A stretch of 64,000 bases of DNA from Thermodesulfobacteriota bacterium (lineage in GTDB: Bacteria; Desulfobacterota_D; UBA1144; Nemesobacterales; Mycalebacteriaceae): NCBI GenBank assembly GCA_965198945.1, contig CBDAQI010000004.1, positions 64,001-128,000 of the forward strand. The letters run 5' to 3'. Below, in pieces: positions 54,566 to 63,642 of this stretch. Within the stretch, counting starts at the first letter, position 1. Each line of letters opens with the position of its first letter. The notes below the pieces were generated by a model. That model did no database searches and was not told the DNA's origin. It saw nothing but the letters and a program-made list of their open reading frames with translations. The position numbers and the translations under genes were made by a program.

Positions 54566-55861
54566 ATGAAAATAATAAAAATAGACTCCGCAAACATTGA
54601 GAAAGAGACTGCCCGGATCCGTAAAGCGGCTTCGCCTTTCAATCCGAAAACCGTCGCCGCCGTATCTGAAATTATTGAAAGTGTCAGAAAACGCGGCGAC
54701 TCGGCTCTTTTCTCTCTCACAAAAAAATTTGATCGCGCTCTGCTCTCCGCGCGCACGGTTGAGGTTTCGCCTTCAGAAACGGCCGAGGCGATAGCAAAAG
54801 TCTCGCGCTCGGTCATCAGGGATTTGAAAAAAGCCCGCCGCCGCATAGAGGATTATCAGAAGAAAAAGATGCCGCGCCCCGCCGAACACAAAGATTTATA
54901 TGGCAACAGACTTGGGTGGGCGGTCAGACCGCTTGACAGTGCCGGCGTTTATATTCCCGGCGGCAAAGCCGCTTATCCTTCAACCGTTCTTATGACGGTT
55001 GTTCCCGCAAAAGTTGCGGGCGTGAGTGAAATTGTGATGGTGACCCCGTGTCCCGGCGGTGAGCTGAATCCCGAAGTTATTGCCGCGGCAGGGATTGCCG
55101 GCGTAAAACGGATTTTCAAAGTGGGCGGGGCCCAGGCGGTCGCCGCGCTTGCTTTCGGCACCCGCTCCGTTCCCCGGGTGGATAAAATAGTCGGTCCCGG
55201 AAATATCTATGTGACAATTGCAAAAAAACTGGTTTACGGCGAGGTTGACATAGACATGATGGCCGGGCCGAGTGAAGTGTTTGTTATTGCGGACGGTTCC
55301 TGCCCGGCCGAGTGGGTGGCGGCGGACCTGCTGGCCCAGGCCGAGCATGACGAAATGGCCTCTCCGACACTTGCCACAACATCCCCTTGCTACGCCGCGA
55401 GTGTTAAATCAGCTCTTCTTTCAATGGCTCGCGGGATTGAAAGAAAAAAAATCGCGCTTGCCTCAATAAGGCGCAACGGAAGAATTTTTACGGTCGGAAG
55501 TTTGAATCAGGCCGCGCAAGTGGCAAACGCGGTCGCGCCCGAACATCTTGAAATTTGCGTAAAATCACCGCGCTCCGTCTTGCGTCTTATCAGGAACGCG
55601 GGGGCAATTTTTCTCGGTACCCGCTCCACCGAAGCGTTTGGAGACTATATTTGCGGTTCAAGCCACGTTTTGCCGACCGGCGGCGCGGCGAGATTTTCAT
55701 CTCCTCTGTCCGCGGCGGATTTTGTTAAAACCCCGAGTGTGGCCGAACTCACTTCAAAAGGTTTTGAAAACCTTGCGGACACGGTAATAAACCTTGCGTG
55801 TTCCGAGGGTCTTTCGGCCCACGCTCTTTCCGTAAAGGTAAGACTCGGCAAGACTAAATAG
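54566..55861 (+). CDS. hisD: Histidinol dehydrogenase
   Basis: YIPGGKA.YPS, KIVGPGN, AGPSE, AQAEHD, APEHLE. Confidence 0.97.
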   Translation: MKIIKIDSANIEKETARIRKAASPFNPKTVAAVSEIIESVRKRGDSALFSLTKKFDRALLSARTVEVSPSETAEAIAKVSRSVIRDLKKARRRIEDYQKKKMPRPAEHKDLYGNRLGWAVRPLDSAGVYIPGGKAAYPSTVLMTVVPAKVAGVSEIVMVTPCPGGELNPEVIAAAGIAGVKRIFKVGGAQAVAALAFGTRSVPRVDKIVGPGNIYVTIAKKLVYGEVDIDMMAGPSEVFVIADGSCPAEWVAADLLAQAEHDEMASPTLATTSPCYAASVKSALLSMARGIERKKIALASIRRNGRIFTVGSLNQAAQVANAVAPEHLEICVKSPRSVLRLIRNAGAIFLGTRSTEAFGDYICGSSHVLPTGGAARFSSPLSAADFVKTPSVAELTSKGFENLADTVINLACSEGLSAHALSVKVRLGKTK

Positions 55862-55869
55862 GGATTTCC

Positions 55870-56955
55870 ATGGCGGATATTGAAAAAATTCTGCACAGCA
55901 TTCCGCAGACAGTTCTTGCTTCCTCCGCCTACGATGCTTCAAGACCAGAGTGCCGAATCAAGCTTGACGGCAACGAAAGCCCTTTTGATATTTCTGCGGA
56001 AGTGCGTGAGCGGATTATTGCCGCGGCACAGAGTGTAAAACTCAACCGCTACCCCGACCCCGACTGCGAATGGCTGAGGGGCGTCATTTCAGAACAGACC
56101 GGAGTTTCTCCTGGCGGCATAGTGTTTGGCAACGGTTCCGACGAGTTAATACAGATGGCGCTCACCGCGTTTTGCGGGGCTTCCGAAAATGTGCTGGTTC
56201 CCACGCCCACTTTTTCAATGTATGCGCTCACCGCCGCCAATCTCGGCAAAAATGTCTTTCATGAAAGTCTTGACGGCGCCTTTGACCTTGACGAGAGGGC
56301 GATGCTGCGCTCAATAAAATTGCATAATCCCGATATTGTTTTTCTTGCCTCGCCCAACAGTCCCACGGGCAATCTTTTATCTCAGGCAAAAGTGGAGTCA
56401 GTCATAGCCGCCGCCCCCGGTCTCGTTGTTGTGGATGAAGCTTATTTTCATTTCTGCGGCAAAACACATATTGATCTCATGGAAAAATACGAAAACCTCG
56501 CCGTTATGAGGACTTTTTCAAAAATCGGTTTGGCGGCCATCCGCCTCGGTTTTCTTCTTATGAGACCCGAACTTGCCGTTCAGATGTCAAAGATAAGACT
56601 GCCTTATAATATCAATTCCCTTACTCAGGCCGCGGCGCGCGTTTTTTTTGAAGACCAAACGGCGTTTGAAAAAAATGTGAGAATCATAGTCGCCGAACGC
56701 GAAAAAATGTTTGATTCTCTGCGTTCCATTGACGGAATAAAGGTTTTTCCAAGTGATGCGAATTTTTTCCTGATACGGTTTCCGGACCCCGCCGCCGCGC
56801 AAAAAGTTCACTGCGAGTTGATAAACAAAAGCATTCTTGTCCGGAATTTTCCGGAGGGAGACATTTCCTGCTGCCTCAGAGTTACGGTTGGTCTTGCCGC
56901 AGAGAACCGTGAGTTTGAAAAATGTCTGCGTGAATTTGTTTCCCGGGGTTTATGA
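55870..56955 (+). CDS. hisC: Histidinol-phosphate aminotransferase
   Basis: NRYPDP, GNGSDELI, SPNSPTG, VDEAY, RTFSK. Confidence 0.95.
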   Translation: MADIEKILHSIPQTVLASSAYDASRPECRIKLDGNESPFDISAEVRERIIAAAQSVKLNRYPDPDCEWLRGVISEQTGVSPGGIVFGNGSDELIQMALTAFCGASENVLVPTPTFSMYALTAANLGKNVFHESLDGAFDLDERAMLRSIKLHNPDIVFLASPNSPTGNLLSQAKVESVIAAAPGLVVVDEAYFHFCGKTHIDLMEKYENLAVMRTFSKIGLAAIRLGFLLMRPELAVQMSKIRLPYNINSLTQAAARVFFEDQTAFEKNVRIIVAEREKMFDSLRSIDGIKVFPSDANFFLIRFPDPAAAQKVHCELINKSILVRNFPEGDISCCLRVTVGLAAENREFEKCLREFVSRGL

Positions 56956-57705
56956 ACGACGGCGGCGCGAAAACATAAAAAGCCGCACCGCACCGAAAAC
57001 AATCAGTCCGAAAGCCAGAACCTGTGCGACGGAAAGTCCGTCTATCGGGCTCGGAGTTGTTGTTCTGATGAACTCAACGAAAAATCGCTCAATCCCGGCA
57101 AGTGTTATGTAAACGGCAAAAAGCCACCCCTCGGGCGCGGGTCTACGGCGCAGTTTCCAAAGTATTATAAAAACTCCGGTCATTGAAAGTGTTTCATATA
57201 TTTGTGTCGGGTGAACTGTGTGATATACGGGCGGGTAGCCGTCGGGAAAAGCCATGGCCCAGGGCAGTGAAGACGCCGTTCCGTAATCATCACCGACGAG
57301 CAGGCAGCCGACCCTTCCTATCGCATATGCGATTGCGAGTGCGGGAGCGGTGGCGTCAAGGGTTTTCCAGACACCCGCTTTGTGTTTGCGCGCACAGTAA
57401 ATTCCGGCCGCAAGTCCGCCCAGAAAGCCGCCGTAAAAAGTGAGTCCGTTCCGGGAGAAAATAAGTTCGGAGGGGTTTGCCGCCAGTTGCTCAAAAGTGA
57501 AATTTTGCAGCAGAAAAAAAAGTTTTGCACCCGCTACCGAACAAATGACTATCCACAAAATCATGTCTTCCGCAAGTTTCGGAGGCGCGTTTTTTCTCTT
57601 CAGTTCACGGGCCGTTATGAGGTATGCGGATAGAAATGCGAGAGCCACCATCACACCGAAAGAGTTGATTGAAAAACTCCCAACCGTTAGCAGTTCGGGA
57701 TACAT
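56950..57705 (-). CDS. lgt: Prolipoprotein diacylglyceryl transferase
   Basis: GLTFYGG, IGRVGC, HPTQIYE, RFFVEFIR. Confidence 0.95.
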   Translation of the reverse strand: MYPELLTVGSFSINSFGVMVALAFLSAYLITARELKRKNAPPKLAEDMILWIVICSVAGAKLFFLLQNFTFEQLAANPSELIFSRNGLTFYGGFLGGLAAGIYCARKHKAGVWKTLDATAPALAIAYAIGRVGCLLVGDDYGTASSLPWAMAFPDGYPPVYHTVHPTQIYETLSMTGVFIILWKLRRRPAPEGWLFAVYITLAGIERFFVEFIRTTTPSPIDGLSVAQVLAFGLIVFGAVRLFMFSRRRRS

Positions 57706-57931
57706 CAGCGTTTGTTTTCCCTGGTTTTTTCGTCCGCAGTTTTTTCCGCCCGCGTATTTGATTTTTCAAGCAGAAAAACTGAAATAAAAAAACAGACGCA
57801 TAGCGCCATGTTTAAAAAGAAAAGCTGAGTGAATGTCATTTCAAAAGACATTTATATCTTTTAACCCGGTTTTTTTCAAACATGTCTTTGATTTTTGTAA
57901 TAGTTTTTGTCTGACTGTAGACTTCCCCGTA

Positions 57932-58540
57932 ATGTTGGGTTCTCCGGTTCTTGTTTTAAACAAAAACTACCTGCCCGTCTCCGTAACCAATTTAAGGCGG
58001 GCGTTCATAATGCTTTACTGTGGCGAGGCAAAAGCCGTTTCGGAGAAATATGAGACTTTTGATTTTGACAGTTGGGCAGATATTTCGGCCGCCGCTTCTG
58101 CGGGTCTGAAGGGCGACTACATACGAACGGTTACAAAAATCATAAAAGCGCCCAGGGTTATCATTCTTCTCCGTTACGGCGGTTTTTACAGAAAGCGTCC
58201 GAAATTCAACCGTTTCAACATATTTCGCAGAGACGGCGGAAAGTGCCAATACTGCGGTCGCGCTTTTCCGAAGAGCGATCTTACAATTGACCATGTAACT
58301 CCCCGTGCGCTCGGAGGCACAAGCAGATGGAACAATGTTGTTTGTTCATGCGCTTCCTGCAACCGCAGAAAAGGCGGAAGAACCCCGGAGCAGGCCGGAA
58401 TGAAGCTGCTGACAAAACCGGTTGAACCCCAATGGGGCCCTTTTGCGGGAATGTATGCGCGCGCCGTACGCTACAAAGAGTGGGAACCGTTTGTGAACTT
58501 TGTTGACGCTTCGTATTGGAACGTTGAGCTTGAAGGGTGA
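57932..58540 (+). CDS. HNH endonuclease (McrA/HNH_5-like)
   Basis: VLVLNKNY.P, IFRRDGGKCQYCG, TIDHVTPR, WNNVVCSCASCN. Confidence 0.92.
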   Translation: MLGSPVLVLNKNYLPVSVTNLRRAFIMLYCGEAKAVSEKYETFDFDSWADISAAASAGLKGDYIRTVTKIIKAPRVIILLRYGGFYRKRPKFNRFNIFRRDGGKCQYCGRAFPKSDLTIDHVTPRALGGTSRWNNVVCSCASCNRRKGGRTPEQAGMKLLTKPVEPQWGPFAGMYARAVRYKEWEPFVNFVDASYWNVELEG

Positions 58541-58799
58541 GACCGGCCCACGCGATTTTTCTTTCTGTCTGCGTCACTTTCATAAAAGAGTAATGGCGCC
58601 TCTTTTTCTCATACAGTCCTAAAGACAGGCTCAGTAAATCGGTGAGCAATCCTTAAAACATAGCCGTCATACAATCTGAAAGGTCTTTTTTTAACAGTCT
58701 TATTAACAGGTAAAAAACGAGAAAATGTTTGTAAAATTGTTGACTTTGAAGACCGTTAATATATGTTGTGCCTCAATAATTTCGAATTTTGGAGAAAAA

Positions 58800-60059
58800 A
58801 TGACCTTTAAAGAATTGGACAGTCTTATAAAAGAGGCCGGATACCGTGGCACAAGTGACCTCAGCGGCTCCCACATCACTATTCAAACGATAGATCAATT
58901 TGGAGAAATTTTCGCCGCCGGAATTTCAGAAGAGCTAAGAAAACAATTCTCAGACAGCCTGCCAAAATCTTCTTCCGAGGATGTTCTGCGAGAATTGGCG
59001 GATTACGTTTACGGCTCATGCTATGTAAAAGAAATTTTCCCCGTCAAAGTAAAAATGAGAAAGCCTTTATCCAGGCTTGCCGTGGAATATATAAACAAAG
59101 TTTTTCCTCTCAAAGCAAAAGCAGTTTCGGAACATAATGTGGTGATTGACAAAGACATTGTTTTTGGACCTTCGGCTTCTCCGCAAATTATCAATGCCGA
59201 CACATTAACGTTTGACGGTGGTTCCATAACAGCTGTCACTACAAGTTTAAGCATAAATGCAAATAAGTTGATCATAACAGGTAAGAGCAGTTCCAATCCT
59301 TATCATGTCGGAGTTTTTGGACGGAAAGGTTCGGACGGCGCAGACGGCAATCCCGGCAAGCATTACACTTCCCCCGCTGTGGCGGGTCATGACAGCAGTG
59401 CCCCCACACCGGGCATATGCACTGGTGCGAGTAATGGCGGCAAAGGAGATAATGGTCTTAAAGGATTTCCGGGGGAGGACGGCAAAGACGGAAAAGACGG
59501 CCAGCCCAACATGCCGGCCAATATTTCTATTGCTGATATGGGAGACAAATCCAAAGAGATGCCCGTTTTCTGTCCTTCTTGCGGTACGGCTAATGTTGTC
59601 ATTCTTGATACTGAAACCGCAAACTTTGTTGTCAGCACTTATTCGGGCGCGGGTGGCGCCGGCGGGATTGGACAGACAGGCGGCAATGGCGGAAATGGTT
59701 GCCGCACCGGCTGCGAAGGCACCGACGGGGGCCAGGCCGGCGATGGCGGTGACGGCGGTGATGGGGGCAACGGCGGCAACGGCGGCAATGGCGCTTCGGG
59801 CAACCCGATCACAATTACGTTCCCGATAAAAGACAAGAATTATCTGCAGACAGTCAGCACAACTGCGCCGCTGGGTTCCGGAGGCGACGAAGGCCGGGCC
59901 GGAGTCGGCGGCGATGGCGGTACGGGCGGTGCGGGAGGCAAGCATAAGACCAACGGGTCGTCCGGCGGACAGGGAAAATACGGTGAAAAAGGTAAAAAGG
60001 GCGCGGACGGAACAAGACCGGGCGCTCCGGGCAATATCGTATTTCATTACACTCCATGA
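58800..60059 (+). CDS. Glycine-rich (Gly-X-X / PGRS-like) repeat protein 1
   Basis: RBS GGAGA before MTFKELD; long GxxGxxG and GGNGGDG tracts after a ~170-aa globular region; no signal peptide. Confidence 0.8.
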   Translation: MTFKELDSLIKEAGYRGTSDLSGSHITIQTIDQFGEIFAAGISEELRKQFSDSLPKSSSEDVLRELADYVYGSCYVKEIFPVKVKMRKPLSRLAVEYINKVFPLKAKAVSEHNVVIDKDIVFGPSASPQIINADTLTFDGGSITAVTTSLSINANKLIITGKSSSNPYHVGVFGRKGSDGADGNPGKHYTSPAVAGHDSSAPTPGICTGASNGGKGDNGLKGFPGEDGKDGKDGQPNMPANISIADMGDKSKEMPVFCPSCGTANVVILDTETANFVVSTYSGAGGAGGIGQTGGNGGNGCRTGCEGTDGGQAGDGGDGGDGGNGGNGGNGASGNPITITFPIKDKNYLQTVSTTAPLGSGGDEGRAGVGGDGGTGGAGGKHKTNGSSGGQGKYGEKGKKGADGTRPGAPGNIVFHYTP

Positions 60060-60099
60060 TTTCCCGGTTCGTTATGAAGTTTTTTATCAGAATTGACTA

Positions 60100-61362
60100 A
60101 TGGAATTCTTATACGACTCTGTTGCGGGAAAATCCGGCCCCTGGGGTTATGGGGTCCACCACGAAGAGATTCCCACACTTGAAAGGGCAAAAGAATTACT
60201 TGGCCCGAAAAACGATGAAATACGAAAAAAACGCAGCAGCGTTTATTACAATTCAAAAAACATCAGAATAAGAAGTCGCCTGCCGATTGGGATGCACGAC
60301 AGATGTGAAGAATATGTTTTTGCGGGTGGAAAAATTCATGAAAAGGATGCCCGCCAGCTTAAAAAACATTTTCCCATACAGCTGAAAATTATTCGCCTTC
60401 CGGAACACACCATATGGGAAAATCAAACCTGTGATATAAGCAACAACCACAAAGACTGGACTGAGATAAGTCCCGAAAAGGAACTATATACCTATCTTCA
60501 TGTTGATAAACTAGTCGTCGCACCCGGAGCAAGAATTGTTATTTACGGCAATGTGCTTGTTTTTCACTGTGGGGAAATAGTTCTGGATATGTCTTCATCC
60601 AAGAAAGATTATCCTGAAATGAAAATCCGGAGAATGCATGATTTTAGTGTTGATATCTTCGGAACGAAACACTCAGGGCTTGGCAGTGTTCGCCTCCTTC
60701 AGGCAAAAGACGGCAGACACGGATTTGATGGCAGAAACCAAAATCAAGTGAATCCCGCTGATGATGTTGTTCCGAGCATTTTTGGCCCCTTGGATATTGA
60801 AAAATTATATGACTGTGATCAAAGCCGTATTCATAAGCCCCGACCAAAAAATGGTGAAAACGGTTTTCGTGGTGAAGACGGTTCTGACGGACAAAACGGC
60901 GGCATGTTGCAGTTGGCGAATATAACGATACACAAATTAACAAATTTTCGGGACAGACGTTTCAGGATATTTGCCCAGGCCGGACAGGGACGAAATGGCG
61001 GCGATGGCGGCGATGGCGGCAACGGCGGACTGCCTTCCAATATTTTTGTTCAAATCCCCCAAGCCTACTCTGATCGTCTTTCTTTAATTTCTCAGGCATC
61101 CGTGGGGGGCAGAGGAGGTCTTCCGGGTCAGGGAGGGCTTAAGGGGAAATCTTACAATACTGATACTGCGGAAAAAGTGCCGCGAAATGGAAAATCCGGG
61201 ACGGCCGGAATAAACGGTAAAGACCGGGAGGCCGTGCCTATCTATGTCACGCACCAGACACAACAAATAAACAAGGAGGTTTCATATCTTGAGAAGGCGG
61301 TGGATCAAATAAAGAAAAAATTTGAACCGCAGAACGGGCAAGACGAGTTTCGTCTGTTGTGA
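60100..61362 (+). CDS. Glycine-rich repeat protein 2 (distant paralogue of protein 1)
   Basis: Same layout; YVF/YVYG and FP motifs, GxxG tracts, ANITI/ANISI spacer. Confidence 0.75.
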   Translation: MEFLYDSVAGKSGPWGYGVHHEEIPTLERAKELLGPKNDEIRKKRSSVYYNSKNIRIRSRLPIGMHDRCEEYVFAGGKIHEKDARQLKKHFPIQLKIIRLPEHTIWENQTCDISNNHKDWTEISPEKELYTYLHVDKLVVAPGARIVIYGNVLVFHCGEIVLDMSSSKKDYPEMKIRRMHDFSVDIFGTKHSGLGSVRLLQAKDGRHGFDGRNQNQVNPADDVVPSIFGPLDIEKLYDCDQSRIHKPRPKNGENGFRGEDGSDGQNGGMLQLANITIHKLTNFRDRRFRIFAQAGQGRNGGDGGDGGNGGLPSNIFVQIPQAYSDRLSLISQASVGGRGGLPGQGGLKGKSYNTDTAEKVPRNGKSGTAGINGKDREAVPIYVTHQTQQINKEVSYLEKAVDQIKKKFEPQNGQDEFRLL

Positions 61363-61381
61363 GCAATAGGAGAAATTTGAA

Positions 61382-62050
61382 ATGGCAAGAAAAATCTTTA
61401 TGTCATATAAACATAGTGATAGTGACGTCCATCCTTTAAATGGCGAAACAACTGCTCGTGTATATGTTGACAATCTAATTGAATTGTTTGAAGGAGATGA
61501 AATTTACAAGGGAGAAGGAGATGAAGATTTGAGTGATTTTCAAGATGAGACTATTGCATCTCACTTGAGGGACAAAATATACGACTCCAGCATGACCATC
61601 ATTTTAATTTCTCCGCAGATCAAAGACCCTGCCCAAAGAGACAGCGACCAATGGATACCCTGGGAAATTGCCTATTCTCTTAAGGAAATTACTCGGAATG
61701 ACCGCACAAGCAAAACAAATGCTACGCTAGCAATTGTTTTGCCAGATGGAAACTCATCTTACACTTACTATCTTGAGGAAAATACTTGTCAGTCCTGTCA
61801 TTGCAGACTTCTGAAAACTCACACTCTCTTTCAAATTATGAGAGATAATATGTTTAATCAAAAAAACCCTACTTATTCAGGCTGTCTGAATCATCCCTCA
61901 GGGACTGTTTATAAGGGAGATTCTTGCTATATTTACTCAGTCAAGTGGTCTGATTTAATAAGTGATAAGGACAAATACCTTTGCACTGCTGAGCGTATAA
62001 AAGAGAACATTGGCGATTACAAGATAGTAAAGGAAGTTAAAGATGGATGA
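61382..62050 (+). CDS. ThsB-like TIR protein (MTH538/DUF1863 type) #1
   Basis: RKIFMSYKHSD, SSMTIILISP, WIPWEIAYSL with catalytic Glu. Confidence 0.88.
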   Translation: MARKIFMSYKHSDSDVHPLNGETTARVYVDNLIELFEGDEIYKGEGDEDLSDFQDETIASHLRDKIYDSSMTIILISPQIKDPAQRDSDQWIPWEIAYSLKEITRNDRTSKTNATLAIVLPDGNSSYTYYLEENTCQSCHCRLLKTHTLFQIMRDNMFNQKNPTYSGCLNHPSGTVYKGDSCYIYSVKWSDLISDKDKYLCTAERIKENIGDYKIVKEVKDG

Positions 62051-62522
62051 CAAATCACAAGTAGTAAAACATCTTGAAATGATTCAAGGTGTTGTTAACC
62101 GCTTGAGTCATGATTTTTTTCTAATCAAAGGTTGGAGTATGACCTTGCTGGTCGGTGGGATAATTTTCATAACAAGAAATGAAATTCAAACTTATTGGTT
62201 TATCTGTGCATTTCTTATTCCCGTAATCGGCTTTTGGATTTTAGACGGATATTTTTTATGGCAAGAGCGTTTGTTTCGTGATGTCTATAACGACTTCAGA
62301 AAGAGAAAAATTACAGACTTTGAAATGAATCCGATGAAGCATGAAAACAGTTGGGTTTTATTTGCTTTATGGATGATTACTCTTGGCAAGAAACATTCAG
62401 ATAAGCCAAGACGTAGTTGGTTATCTTCAATTTTTTCAGTAACGCTGAACATGTTTTATGGAATTGAGATTTTGTTTGTGGCAGGGGTATTTTTTATTCT
62501 CAAGTATCAAGGAAGTTATTGA
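62043..62522 (+). CDS. Small multi-pass membrane protein (candidate effector)
   Basis: KHLEMIQGVVNRL...KGWS...FWILDGYFLWQERLFR; 3-4 hydrophobic helices. Confidence 0.8.
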   Translation: MDDKSQVVKHLEMIQGVVNRLSHDFFLIKGWSMTLLVGGIIFITRNEIQTYWFICAFLIPVIGFWILDGYFLWQERLFRDVYNDFRKRKITDFEMNPMKHENSWVLFALWMITLGKKHSDKPRRSWLSSIFSVTLNMFYGIEILFVAGVFFILKYQGSY

Positions 62523-62525
62523 ACA

Positions 62526-63128
62526 ATGAGAAGGGTGTTTTTCAGTTTTGACTGGGATGATGTTTGGAGAGCAAATCAAGTTCGTAATAGTTGGGTTGCA
62601 AAAAGAAGTTATAAGATTGCGGGATTTAGAGACGTTGCTGAAATTGAAAAAGTTAAAAGACATTCAGACAAAGAAATAAAAAATTGGATAGACAAACAAA
62701 TGAAAGGCACATCAGTTACTTGTGTTTTGATTGGTAGCAAAACAAACAAAAGCAAGTGGGTGAAATATGAAGTAGAGAAAAGCATTGAAAAAGGAAACGG
62801 ACTTTTTGGAATACTCATTCATAACTTGAAAAACCCTGAAGGGAAAACTGATAAACAAGGGGAAAATATGCTTGAAGAGTTTAACAAAGAAGAAAATTTC
62901 GGAGCAAAAGTCAAAAAAGCTTTTGTAGGCGGAGGTGTAGGGTTGTGGCTTGCAAGACTTGTATTTCCTCAATTTACCATTCCGTTGACTTTCATGGGTG
63001 CTGTTCTCGGATTAAGCAAATCAGATGATAGTGGTGATGACTACAAAATTTATGATTGGTTTGACGATAATGGATATGAGAACCTCGGCGACTGGATAGA
63101 GAAGTCTGCCCAGCAGGTTGGAAGATAA
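62526..63128 (+). CDS. ThsB-like TIR protein #2 with hydrophobic insertion
   Basis: RRVFFSFDW.D.WRANQVRN, TSVTCVLIG, WVKYEV, YDW...GY.NL..WIE. Confidence 0.9.
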   Translation: MRRVFFSFDWDDVWRANQVRNSWVAKRSYKIAGFRDVAEIEKVKRHSDKEIKNWIDKQMKGTSVTCVLIGSKTNKSKWVKYEVEKSIEKGNGLFGILIHNLKNPEGKTDKQGENMLEEFNKEENFGAKVKKAFVGGGVGLWLARLVFPQFTIPLTFMGAVLGLSKSDDSGDDYKIYDWFDDNGYENLGDWIEKSAQQVGR

Positions 63129-63141
63129 TGGGAGGTTAGAG

Positions 63142-63642
63142 ATGGCACCAAAGAGGCAAGTTTTTTACAGTTTTCATTACCAACCGGATAGTTGGCGAGC
63201 CTCACAAGTTCGCAATATAGGTGTTGTTGAAGGGAATGAACCTGCTTCTGATAATGATTGGGAGAAAATCAAGAAAGGTGGTGAGAATTCGATTAAAAGA
63301 TGGATAAACGAACAGATGAAATATAGGTCATGCACTGTTGTTCTCGTTGGAACAAATACTGCAGATAGAAAATGGATTGATTACGAAATACGCAAGTCAT
63401 GGAATGGTAATATGGGTGTTGTCGGCATATACATTCATGGATTGAAAGACCAAGAAGGTCAATTATCTTTTCAGGGAAAGAATCCTTTTGATTTCATTAC
63501 TTTTACATCTGGCAAAAAAATGTCTTCAATAGTTAAGTGTTACAATCCTCAGGGATTGAACAGCAAAGAAAAATATGATTGGATTTCAAGGCATTTGTCT
63601 AATGCAATTGAAGAGGCTATTCGAATAAGGAGAGGTTATTAG
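63142..63642 (+). CDS. ThsB-like TIR protein #3
   Basis: RQVFYSFHY..D.WRASQVRNIG, SCTVVLVG, WIDYEIRKSW, GIYIHGL. Confidence 0.92.
   Translation: MAPKRQVFYSFHYQPDSWRASQVRNIGVVEGNEPASDNDWEKIKKGGENSIKRWINEQMKYRSCTVVLVGTNTADRKWIDYEIRKSWNGNMGVVGIYIHGLKDQEGQLSFQGKNPFDFITFTSGKKMSSIVKCYNPQGLNSKEKYDWISRHLSNAIEEAIRIRRGY

Noticed and set aside
57932..58540. HNH gene as part of the TIR defence locus
   Set aside because: Core-like GC, a widespread stand-alone family, and a 260-nt gap with a possible separate promoter before the glycine-rich genes
59247..60047. Long antisense ORFs and GGC repeats as a repeat array or CRISPR
   Set aside because: By-product of glycine codon runs; no repeat-spacer structure and no cas genes anywhere in the window
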